From: Saprolegnia diclina VS20
Taxonomy: Eukaryota
Assembly (NCBI RefSeq): GCF_000281045.1
Contig: NW_008246138.1
Location: 47,996 to 82,316, forward strand
Length of the DNA: 34,321 nucleotides
Direction of reading: 5' to 3'
Both the position numbers and the translations under genes were made by a program. Of the stretch, positions 1-10,191 are shown piece by piece. Under the pieces are notes generated by a model. The model did not search any database, was not told where the DNA came from, and saw only the letters and a program-made list of their open reading frames with translations. Numbering within the stretch: the first letter of the stretch is position 1; each line of letters begins with the position of its first letter.

Positions 1-118
1 GAGGCTGGTCATGGCGTCCGTCGTCCGCTTTCCAAATTTGAGTCGCTGCGACGCCACCTCAAACTCAATCCGGATAACGCCAACGCATGTTTGAGTCAAT
101 TGTTGAGTTTCTGGTGCG

Positions 119-1984
119 ATGGAGCCGACAGAACTGTGGGAGGATGCGGCGACGCAGGCGAAGCGCAAGCAGCGCAAGGTCGCGTGGAAGGACTCGTACA
201 TGCGCATCTACGGCATGGCGCCGACGCAGCGGCAGCAAGACGAGACCGGCGCGACGATCGTCACGGAGGTCCAATGTCTCTTCTGTGCCAGTTTTGGCCG
301 CGAGCAGCAGCCGCCAGCCGGCGACGCCGCACCCGCCGACGAGGTCGCGAACGAAGACGCGCGCAAGCGAGCGCGCAAGAAGTCATCCAACGTCAAGTAC
401 TTTGTCACGTTCCGCGTCGACCAGTTCACACAGCACCTCGCGCGCGAGCACCCGGCCAAGTGGGCCGCGTACCAGGAGATCCGCAACAACCCGGACGCTG
501 CCGCCGCCTTCTTTCCAGAGCCGGCGGCGCCAACCTCCGTGTACGACGAGTCGTTCTTCTTCAAGGACATGGCGCCGATCACGTACGAAGCGACGGACGG
601 CGACGTGCTCTCGTTCCGCGAGTACTGCGCCGACGAGTTCATCCTCGGCAAGCCCATGCACGAGTGGTGTCGCTTCGCCGTACGTCTCCTTCTCGCAGAT
701 TCGATTCACACGACTCGGCTAGATGTGCTTTTGGCATGGTTTTCGCACCAGTGAGAGCGACGCGACCATTCGCCGTCCGTGGAACGTCCTCGAGGACATG
801 CTGCTGCAGGCCAAGCGGCGCATCGACGCTGCGTTCGAGTTTATGGAGCTTCTCGGTCTCCGACTCTTTGCGTTTCAGGACACGGACCTTGTTCCGGAGG
901 GGTACGAGCACCACTGGGACGTCGTGCTGCCGTACCTCCAAGCCAAGATGCGCGACAGTTCGATTTGCTGTCTCTACGGCGCCGCCAACCTCATGGCCAA
1001 CCGGAGGTACATGCACGGGTCGGCCACGTCGCCGTCGCTCGGCGTCTACCTCGAGGCCGCGGCGCAGGTCAAGCGCGCAATGCGCCTCACGCACCTTCTT
1101 GGCGGCGACAACTTTGTGCTGTGGAACGGCCGGGACGGACTCCCGTCGCTCGTCAGCACCGACTTGGCCAAGGAGGATGTTCATTACGCAATGTTTTTAC
1201 GCATGGTCGTCGAGTACAAGACGTCGCTCGGGGCCACGTTCCAGCTGCTTTTGAAACCCAAGCCCGCCGACGTACGTACGCTACTCGTAACTCGGGTCCT
1301 CGACGTCTCAGGTAGCCACTGCAGCCAGCGTACGATCGAGATGTGGCGACGACGCTCTGCTTCCTGCTCCGCCACCGCCTTCAAACGCACTTCAAGATCT
1401 GCGTCGCGCCAACGTCCTCACTCGGGATCGATCCCATGCACGAGGTAGCGTATGCCAGCATGACCAAATGCCTCGGTACGGTCGCCGCAGAGTAAGATGA
1501 GGTTTATAGAAGGAGGTGTAGGCTCGATCGACTGCAGCATGGGCGACAGCTACCAAGTGCTCTCGGACGCCAAGCACGCCACGCAGCTCATGCGCACCGT
1601 ACTTGGCTGCATCATCTTGACTGCGGGCTTCATTGTCCTGTTGTACAGGTCATCCAGCAACAGGGACTGGCGCCCGGCGGTCTCGCGCTCGACATTCGCG
1701 TCCGGCGCGAGTCGACGTCGCTCAAGGACCTCGTCGTCGCCCACATTAGCGCCATGGACACGCTTGCGCGCGGGCTGCGCAAAGCGGCCAACATGTACCT
1801 CAAGGGCGAGCTCGACCGCAAGGTGCAGGCGCGGTATGCGTCGTGGGACTGCCAGCTCGGGCGGCAGATCGAAGGTCGGGACACGACGTTCGAGATGCTC
1901 TCGACCAAGAGCGCACGGCACGAGCCATTGGCGTCCGGTGAGCTAGAGACGTTTGACCTCCTCTTCCAGCGCGGTTTGTCTTAA
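119..1984 (+). CDS. N-terminal BED-like C2H2 zinc-finger domain fused to a degenerate class II xylose isomerase domain (5 exons)
   Basis: Introns at 680-722, 1272-1315, 1476-1521 and 1599-1648 (all GT..AG) give one frame. Xylose-isomerase-like motifs: ILGKPMHEWCRFAMCFWH, FQDTDLVPEG, RYMHGSATSP, LGGDNFVLWNGRDG, KPKP, AYDRD, SIDCS, GGLALDIRVRRES, AHISAMDTLARGL, RYASW. The N-terminus has CLFC...HLAREHP. Confidence 0.85.
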
Positions 1985-2091
1985 TCGCATGTCATAACAT
2001 CGTCGCATGAGGACGTAACAAGGTAGAGTCATATTAGCATGCAATGGTAGGGTGAGCAAGCACAGATAGTAGTAGAAGAAGAGGCGGAAGC

Positions 2092-5000
2092 TCAGTGCAT
2101 CGCGTCGCGCTTGCGCTGCCACGACATTTGTGAAAACTGTGGGCTGTGGGGCACCGTCACATGACGCTTCTTGGCCGGGTCCTTGACGTCTTTGGCCGTC
2201 GTCTTGTGCACCATGGACGCCGACACGGACGACGGGAGGCGCGCAAACGTCTTCTTGGTCAGCAGGTTGACATAGTAGAGCCGGCCCGTCTACGCACCGA
2301 ATGAGACAAGGGGTAGGGTCGTGTCGGCGCACCTTGGCGTCGGTCCGGCGCTCCCAGTTCTTGGGCAAGACGACTTTCTTGAGTAAATCGTTGGCGATAC
2401 GCGCCGTTGTCTTGATCAAGCCTGGCTTGGTTGTCGGCGGCGCCGAGTGCACTGCCGACGGCGGCGCCGACGACGAAGGGGCCACCGTCTTGCCCGGGTG
2501 GTCCCACGAGCTCGTCTTGGTCGCGTGGTCGACGTAATAGACGCGGTTGTACTTTTTGTTGAAGCGCTCTTCCCAGCCCGGGGGCAACGGTGGCTTCTCG
2601 TCCTTGTTGTGGTCTTGGTTGGACGGTGGGCGTTGCTGGCGGATGTTCTGAATGGCTTCCAGTATCTCGTTGGCTTCGTCGTCGTCGTCGTTGTCGTCGC
2701 TCTCGCTCCACTTGTGCTCGTCTTGGCTGTCGAGACTCGGCTTCTTGGCCATGCCTTCGACGAGCACCTCCATGCGCTCGTCGTCCGAGTCAAAGACATC
2801 GCTGTCCCGGCGCGGGTTCGAGTTGGTGGATGGCGCGCTCTCAATGTACGACGACGAAGAGACGCTGTGGTGCTGCTGGACCACCCAGCTCTCTTTGGCT
2901 GGCGACGCTGTGATCGTCTCGGGCACCCCGCTGTCTTTCGGTGGCGTCGTCGACGCGCACTCGTTGTTGACCTTGACGTCAGCGCGAGGCCCGCTCAGGC
3001 TGTCGACGTTCTGCTCGACCTCCTTGCTTGACTTGGACTCGCGACGACTCGGCGGCCGTTCGATGACTTCGACCGGCCCCTTGACCTCGTCCTTCTTGCT
3101 AAAGAGGCGCACTTCGTTTTGGATAAAGCCGCGTAGCTTCAGGAGGCTAAACTCCTTCTGGTCGAAGTCGAAGTCGAACGTGTCGGCGACCTAGAGGAAG
3201 AGCGCTCATGACGGCGTCTCATACGCCACTCGTACCTTGAACTCCAGTGGCTCGCCAAACTGAAGGCGCACGGTCTTGAAGTACGGATGCTGCAACGCTT
3301 GGTCGGCCGTGATGCGGCGCTGGGGGTTGACGCACAGCAGCCGACGCAAGAGACTAATGGCTTCCGGACTCGCCTTGCGAAAGGCCTTGGTGAGCGCTTG
3401 CGGTGACGCGCGCGGAAGCGACTCGAGGAACTTGAGCGCGTCGCCTTCGACCTCGTAGCCGCTAGCCTCGGCGATAAGCACCTTATACGATCCATTGAGT
3501 TCTCACCGCTTTTCTTTCGGTGGAATCGGGAGCACCGAGAAGACGCGCGTGAGCTGGTCGATGAAATCAGCGCCTGGAAACAGCGGTTTGCGATTTAAGA
3601 GCTCGCCAAAAATGCACCCGATGGACCACATGTCGACAGCTACCACCACTGGTCAGTATCTGCACAGTCAAGTCCAAGTACCTTCGGCGTACGAGCCGTT
3701 GGGCGCGAGCATGATCTCGGGCGGGCGGTACCAGCGCGTCACGACGTACTCGGTCATGAGCGCGTCTTTGGCGACCGGCGCGTCCGAGTGGCTGCACGTG
3801 CGGCCGTTGGGCACAAAGCGCGACAAGCCAAAGTCGGTGATCTTGACGTCGCAGTTTTTGCTGATGAGAATGTTGCCCGGCTTCAAGTCCCGGTGGAGGA
3901 CGCCGTTTTCGTGGAGGGCTTTTGCGCCGCAGAGCAGCTGGTACATGATGGCGCTAGCATTCGAGCTGCATGCGCAACGTGCGATACAACATAGCTCGAC
4001 GTACGCAATGTGGTTTTCTTCGAGCTTGGTCTTGCTTTGAATGAGCCGGTGCAAGTCCGTGTCCACGAGTCCCATCATGATGTACAGCTCGTCCTTGGCG
4101 ATGCACGTGCTCAGGTTTTGCAGCGACGCGATCTACGCAGCAGGAGCTCAATTCAGAAAACGTCGCCTTGTAGCGTACGTTGGGGTGGTCCTCAAAGTAA
4201 CGCATGAGGCGGATCTCGCGCAGGGTGTGCTTGGCGTCCCACTCGTCGCCGGCCATCGGCGTGATCTTCTTGATCGCGACTTGCTGCAGCTGCTCCGTGT
4301 CATTGGCCGAGCTACGGAGTCGCATGAGCAACACGACCGTCATCATTGAGGCGAACCAGACAACGCCGTACGAGCCTTCACCGAGCACGTGGATCGCTTC
4401 GTACTTTGACGGCACGTTGAACTCGCAGCCTTTGATCGTAAAGCCAAGACCTGGCGCGTAGTCGCCGTCGTCCGAGGTCACTTTGACGGCTTCTTCCGGC
4501 CCGTCGTGGCTCGTAGGCGCCGCCTTGGCCTGGAAGGCGAGGACCTCGTCCTTGATGTACTGTCGCAGCGTCTCGAGTGGAAGGGACTGGTCCTCGAAGG
4601 CAAACTCGAGCGAGTGCGAGAGCTGCAGCGGCGGGATCGTGCCCCACTCGACGTCGACGCCCTTGAAGAATGGGTGAGCGAGCGCTTCGTCGACCGAGAT
4701 GCGCTCTTTCGGGTTGAAGCAAAGGAGCTTCTCGAGGAGGTCTTTTGTGTCCGGGTGCTTGCCCTTGCAGATCTTGTCGAGGGCGTTTGGCGGCGTCGCG
4801 GGCAGAGACGCGAGAAACTTGAGTGCGTCCTTCTCGACCGTGTAGCCGCTACGTTTGCGATAGTACAATGGACGTATTGACGACAACCCACCGCTTGTGT
4901 TTGGGCGGAATGTCAATGACCTTGAAGACGCGCGTGAGCTGGTCCATAAAGTCGGAGCCCGGGAAGAGCGGCTTGCGCGTAACGAGCTCGCCGAGGATGC

Positions 5001-5923
5001 AGCCAACGGACCACATGTCGACAGCTACAACACCAATGGCCATGAGATGCGACGTCCCTCGTCACAGTGCTCAGTACCGCCATCGTAGACGCCGTTGGGG
5101 GCCAGCATGAGTTCGGGTGGCCGGTACCACCGCGTGACAACGTCTATACACCGTTAGCAAGCGTACGGACAACCACTTGGGCGTACATTCTGTCATGGGC
5201 GAGGACACGGGGTCTGTTGAGTCCGGGTCGTGGTTCTGAAGGTCTTTGGGCACCATACGGGCGAGGCCAAAGTCTGTAATCTAAGTGGGATGCGTCAGTC
5301 GTCGCAGGTGGCGCAGGATGTACCTTGAGTTCGCAGTCCTTGTTGACGAGGAGGTTGCCGGGCTTGAGGTCGCGGTGGAGGACGCCATTGTCGTGCATGG
5401 CCTTGACGCCTGAGAGCAGTTGGTACATGATGACCCTGTCGATCGACGTCCATGAGGAGGCGATACAGGTCATTCCAATGGAGCGTACCGAATGTGGCCG
5501 TCTGTGAGCGGGCACGAGCTCTGAATGAGGCGGTGGAGGTCTGTGTCGGCGAGCTCCATCATCATGTACAGTTCGTCCTTCTCGACCGACATGGTCAAGT
5601 CCTTGAGCGAGATGATCTACGGACGCGCATCCATGAGAGGCTGCATGTCGCCGCTGAGCGCGTACGTTTTCGTGCTCGCCGAGGCAGCGCATGAGGCGGA
5701 TCTCGCGCAGCGTGTGCGTCGCGTCCCACTCGTCGCCGGCCATGGGTGTGATCTTCTTGATCGCGAGCTTCTCCTGCGTCGTCGTGTTGAGGACGGAGCA
5801 GACGACGCCGTACGAGCCTTGGCCGATGGCGTCGAGCGGCTCGTACTTGGGCTCGACGTGGAAGGTGCAGCCATTGATCGTGAAGCCGAACTCATGCTTC
5901 ACGGGCGTCGCGTGCTTGGGCAT
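2092..5923 (-). CDS. Tandem dual-domain MAP kinase (2 x TEY MAPK) with two C-terminal WW domains (14 exons)
   Basis: Both domains have Gx[36 protein letters not shown] and VDMWS. ORF 3954-5006 runs from the end of domain 1 into the domain 2 N-lobe without a stop. WW1 is [33 protein letters not shown]2 is [26 protein letters not shown]. Introns at 5617-5665, 5436-5488, 5281-5323, 5144-5186, 5025-5077, 4849-4891, 4312-4356, 4133-4178, 3954-4004, 3640-3681, 3462-3506, 3191-3235, 2290-2332. Stop TGA at 2092-2094. Confidence 0.9.
4201..4279. repeat. Internal direct repeat, near-identical to 5688-5766 (subdomains II-III of the two MAPK domains)
   Basis: cgcatgaggcggatctcgcgcag, gcgtcccactcgtcgccggccat and gtgatcttcttgatcgcga each occur at both positions. 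Confidence 0.9.
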
Positions 5924-5996
5924 GGACGCTCGATAGGAAGAATCGAATTACGTCGACCTCGGCGCTCTTGCAGCTGGGAGCGTGAAACGCTCTGCT

Positions 5997-6059
5997 TTTT
6001 ATATCTACCCGTCGACGCGTCCCATTGGCTGAAATCACACCCTCCTCGCGCATGATTGG
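5997..6059 (-). promoter_or_regulatory. Putative core promoter of the dual MAPK gene (TATA-like element and two CCAAT boxes)
   Basis: Minus-strand TATAAAA at about 5997-6003 and CCAAT at 6024-6028 and 6055-6059, 75-135 nt upstream of the ATG at 5923. Confidence 0.4.
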
Positions 6060-6268
6060 TGCATCCCCGCGCGTTATTTAACCGCCCTATCACGCCTAAT
6101 TATATACTCCGCGAAAGCTATTTAAGTCGCACCTTGATTTAGACCATGCCAGGCGGACGCCATGGCGATTGCTAGCTGCATGCTTGGCGACGGTGGACGC
6201 CATGAGGCCCATGCGACTGCTTGCATCGCGTCGAGAGATTCCGCAGTATAAGGTATATTGATAAAGCG

Positions 6269-6641
6269 TTAAAAGGGCACCTTCCACCATGCAATGAATT
6301 CTTCCCAGTCGATCGTGCCACTAGGAGCACGAGGTACATGGAGCTGCCAGTGGTGGCGGCGCTTCGTACCTGCCATCCGCGTCAAACTCCATGATGAGGT
6401 ACTCGAGCTCTTCCTTGGAGAGCGGCTCGCCGAGGTCTTCGGCGATCTTGCCGAGCTCTTCGGCGTCAATGTCGCCGGTCCCGTCCTACCTCGATGGTGA
6501 AGTTGGTTGCATGCTATCGCTGCGTCTACCTCGTCATAGTCGTCAAAGACCTTGCGTAGCTCTTGCTCGTGCTCCAGCGACAGCGCCTACGACGTCGTTG
6601 CATGAGCCTTCGTCGCCCAGCAGCTGCATGGTCCGTACCAT
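6269..6641 (-). CDS. Small two-EF-hand calmodulin/centrin-lobe-like calcium-binding protein, 75 aa (4 exons)
   Basis: Introns at 6587-6638, 6486-6529 and 6321-6369. Spliced product: MALSLEHEQELRKVFDDYDEDGTGDIDAEELGKIAEDLGEPLSKEELEYLIMEFDADGSGTIDWEEFIAWWKVPF. Canonical loops DEDGTGDIDAEE and DADGSGTIDWEE. Confidence 0.88.
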
Positions 6642-6835
6642 GACAAATCTCAACTGCGCCGCTTCAACGACCGGTTACCGCAACCGTTTCAGTCTCGGTA
6701 TCCGGATAGCCATAACCGGATTCCATTCCAGCCAATGGCCTTGGACGTGGCATGATTTGGCACGTTATGATTGGTGGCTTTTCTGGCCGGGCGTATCCTT
6801 CGAGAATGCAGTCTGCAGCCGGTCCTTTCGTTCGC

Positions 6836-7366
6836 ATGCGCTGGGTCATCCTCACAGCGCTGATCGCCGGCGCCATGGCCTGCGGCGACAACGCGCCGCT
6901 CAACCGCCTTGACACGTGCGCCACGTACGCGACGCGATGCCCACGAGACGACATGTACGAACTAGCCTTGCTCAATGGCTGCCCTCGCTGCTTCCTTCGC
7001 GCAACTTGCCAGCTCCAGGATGACCTCGACGAGCAGTCGACCACGCCCCATAGCAAGGTGCCCATCTTCAAGCCCGCGTTTGGCGACGTATTGCGCGAAG
7101 ACGAGGTGCTCTTCGCACACAAGGGCATGCTCGCAGCGATCGCCGCCGTGTGCGCCATCGTTGGCGTTCTCATTGCCGCTGCGATGCGCTCGCGCCGACA
7201 AGCGCCGACGAGCTACTACTCGCGCATTCGCAACCCACTCATGGAGGACGTTGACGAAAACGACGACTTGAACCCGTTCTGCCAAAAACTACCACCCGAC
7301 GACGAATCCATGAGGCTCAAGAGTCCTCGGGCAAAGGGCGTCTTGGCCAAGATCATCCAGCTATAG
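6836..7366 (+). CDS. Small type I membrane protein (signal peptide, 6-Cys ectodomain, one TM, acidic tail)
   Basis: MRWVILTALIAGAMA is signal-peptide-like and is followed by six Cys. TM segment GMLAAIAAVCAIVGVLIAAAM is followed by RSRR. Intronless; the start codon is inferred. Confidence 0.7.
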   Translation: MRWVILTALIAGAMACGDNAPLNRLDTCATYATRCPRDDMYELALLNGCPRCFLRATCQLQDDLDEQSTTPHSKVPIFKPAFGDVLREDEVLFAHKGMLAAIAAVCAIVGVLIAAAMRSRRQAPTSYYSRIRNPLMEDVDENDDLNPFCQKLPPDDESMRLKSPRAKGVLAKIIQL

Positions 7367-7676
7367 CAGTTGCGCCATGGTCGCTGTAAAACCCTCCATG
7401 AGGACAATGAAGCTCATGTCTCATAGCCTTTTAATGCCAATGCGCGAATCGTGGTGATGCATGGACACGGGCACGGAGCCATGCGTCGCCGTGCACACAG
7501 TGCGACACCGCTTGATGCGGTCTCTCGTCGAGCTGAATGCCACGTTTCCTCGCATTGCACTATAGCACTACAATCTAGATGAGCATTCTCTGCGCGCAAC
7601 GCGTACCCGAGGACGCCCCAGGTAGACTCTGCTTGCGTTCATAATAGAGGTGACATGTAGTTGAGAAGCGTTAACT

Positions 7677-8333
7677 TTATGCGTCGTCGTCCATGGCCGG
7701 CGTGTACAGCACTGCCGCATCTTGCACGCGGACGACCTTGCTAAAGTAGCGGCGATCGAGAAGACCCTTTTCGCCAGCACCAGCACACAAGAGGACGTTG
7801 TTGGCTGAGCGGAAAAACGGAATGCCATCCGCCAGCACCTTGGCAACGTCGACGTAGATCTTGAGCTGGACGGACGTGCGCATGCCGCTAATGACCTCGT
7901 TCGCACCCACATCGCCAGCGGCAAAGTGAATGTGGTTGCGCTTCATGCGGCAGAGGCCTTGGTGGAAGATGGCCTCCCAATGGCGAAGGTACGTTCCGTG
8001 GATGCACACGAGGCCGATGGCCTCGTCCGGTTGGATGGGCGTCAGCAGCTCCGTGTCGAGGACAACTGGAATCGAGTGGCCCTGGTTGGCGCGGATGCGC
8101 CACTGGCTGCTATCGGCGTCATTCATGTCGAGCGAGAAGCGCTGCTTCGAGTCCAGCGCGACGACACGCTCGAGGTCGGCGAGCGCGAACTTCTTAAAGT
8201 CGCGCATGGCAAAGATCGCGCTCAGCGGCACGTAGCCATCGGCCGAGATCGGGAGCTTGAGGTTCACGGCGCCATGGCGCAGTACGTACGTCAGCCGCTT
8301 GGAGAACCGGACGTCGTCGGAGCTGAGCGCCAT
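7677..8333 (-). CDS. TPT1: tRNA 2'-phosphotransferase (Tpt1/KptA family)
   Basis: SKRLTYVLRHGA, DSKQRF, IRANQGHS, HGT, RMKRNHIHF, SGMR and SANNVLL are the hallmark Tpt1 motifs. Start chosen at MALSSDD (8333). Confidence 0.93.
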   Translation of the reverse strand: MALSSDDVRFSKRLTYVLRHGAVNLKLPISADGYVPLSAIFAMRDFKKFALADLERVVALDSKQRFSLDMNDADSSQWRIRANQGHSIPVVLDTELLTPIQPDEAIGLVCIHGTYLRHWEAIFHQGLCRMKRNHIHFAAGDVGANEVISGMRTSVQLKIYVDVAKVLADGIPFFRSANNVLLCAGAGEKGLLDRRYFSKVVRVQDAAVLYTPAMDDDA

Positions 8334-8687
8334 TGATGCCGATGGAATAATGCGATGCAAACTGCACCCCATATGGACCATCACTCACGCGTGTTGGGTG
8401 CGTTTAGCCACGAACGTTCCTCGCATCTTCGTTGCGCGATCTTGCGATCTTCCTGCCCAAGATGGTTGATGGTACTTGGCGTCCACTGGTGCTCCATGGC
8501 CATGACCCGGGCATAGCAGCATGGGCGCGATAATCGACGGGCAGTGGTGGTCGCGCTGCCTTTACCACCCACAGCCCTTCGTACATACTAGCTTGCATCA
8601 TCCAGTACTCGAAGCACGCGCCATCATTTTGTCTGAATCTGGCGTCAAATTTGGTCAACTAGCTGCTGGTGATGGTCTTTGTTGCGC

Positions 8688-9979
8688 TTATTCGAGCAAG
8701 TTGGATTGCACTGCGACGGCGATCGCAGCACTCTGAAACATGGAGAACGGTTTGGTGTAGTGCACAAAGAACTTGCTCGCCGCAGCGTCCTAGTCATCAC
8801 AACTTGCTACAAACCACGACTACAAGTGGCGTAACCTACCCCTTCCTTGTCGATGCGCAGCCACGACGTTGCAGTCTTTGGGCACTTGACGTCCACGAGC
8901 GGGTTTGTGAATTTCTACCGCATTCAGTCGATAATACCCTGCGGCAAATCGATGGGATTGCGCACTTCGAGAACTGAGGAGCAGGTCTGGGTGGCGTCCT
9001 TGGGCGCGGCTTTGCCTCGAAGCAAGCTCATGAGCGTGTTCTAGCGCTGGTTAGCGCCGAAGAGGCGCCGCTGCCCACCTGAGGTTGCAGCTGCACATCC
9101 AGCTCATGCTTGCCGTCGCGCAGCTCGAGCGTAAAGACGCTGCGCTGCTTGATGTGAGGGCACACCATCTACCCATAATACGGTTATGGAATAGCTTTGG
9201 CAAATCTCTTCTTAAAGACCTTGTAGCGCTTGCCCAGGGGCGTGGGTGCCACCGAGAGCTTTCCCGCGTAGCTTGGGTTGTTGCGCTTGCACGCCTTGGT
9301 CTCGCTCAAGCTGGTGCCAATGTTACGCCGCGTACTAGATGAACGCAACAGACCTGAATCGAATCTTGAGCTTGTTGGCGCAGCTCCGCCCGTAGAGGCA
9401 AAAGTCCTGCTGCGTCTCGGTGACCTGCGGAAGGTAGATCTTGAAGTACTTGGCGCCGTACTGCTTGAGCATCGTCTACGAAGAAGATGTGTTCATTGCT
9501 TCTTCCTCTTTGTCTCGTACCTGGTCTGAGAGGCAGAGTTCCATGATGAGCACGCCCGTGTCCGCGGGCCTCAAATGCAGAAACCCCAGCGGACTCTTGC
9601 GCAGTGCGACATCGTCGTCCTACACGCCCTCGTCGGCGACTATAGCTGGCAATGGCCACCGACCTCGGCGTCGACGATGACGCTCCGACGCTTCTCGGGC
9701 TCGACAGGCGGTGCGGGGACCACCGTTGCGTCGGCCGGCGGTGCATCTGTCTTCTCGGGCACCGGTCGATCGTTCACAAACCAGTCCTGGGAAGCGTCGT
9801 CGTCGTCCGAGTCGGCCTCCTGGAACTGCGCCTGGAGCCTACGATCTCTCAGTCCGCAAATATCCTATCTCAGCGACAAAGCACTTGGAGGAGAGCGCGA
9901 CGTGCGCAGGCGACAGGTGCGTCTCGCGCCGGACCTCGGTCGCCTTCTTGGACCGGTCGACGCACGGGCTCGCTTGCAT
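8688..9979 (-). CDS. Divergent Tubby C-terminal-domain-like protein (about 8 exons; 5' end uncertain, possibly extending to 10155)
   Basis: Spliced exons give ...YFKIYLPQ..DFCLYGRSCANKLKIRFSTRRNI...SYAGKLSVAPTPLGKRYKM...FTNPLVDVK...KFFVHYTKPFSMFQSAAIAVAVQSNLLE*. The terminal F-x-x-x-Y-x-x-P-F-S-x-F-Q-x-x-A-I-A segment resembles the Tubby C-terminal helix. Stop TAA at 8688-8690. Confidence 0.6.
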
Positions 9980-10191
9980 GCAGGAGTATTTTTAGCGCTA
10001 ACACCGTTTCCATGTCGACGCTCGACGGTCGGCGGTCGGCGGCAAGGACACCGACGGCTCATCGACGCTGGTGCACCCGCGCTACTGCAGGCGTCCACGA
10101 CAGCCGTGTCGCAATACGTGCGACGCTGACGGCCGACGTCGTCAACGACGGCCATGACGTGGCAGCCTAAAAATAGTTTATTTGCAGCGCG

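Noticed and set aside
119..1984. Xylose isomerase pseudogene (apparent frameshifts in the ORF track)
   Set aside because: Every frame change is explained by a 43-50 nt GT-AG intron, and the spliced frame has no stops.
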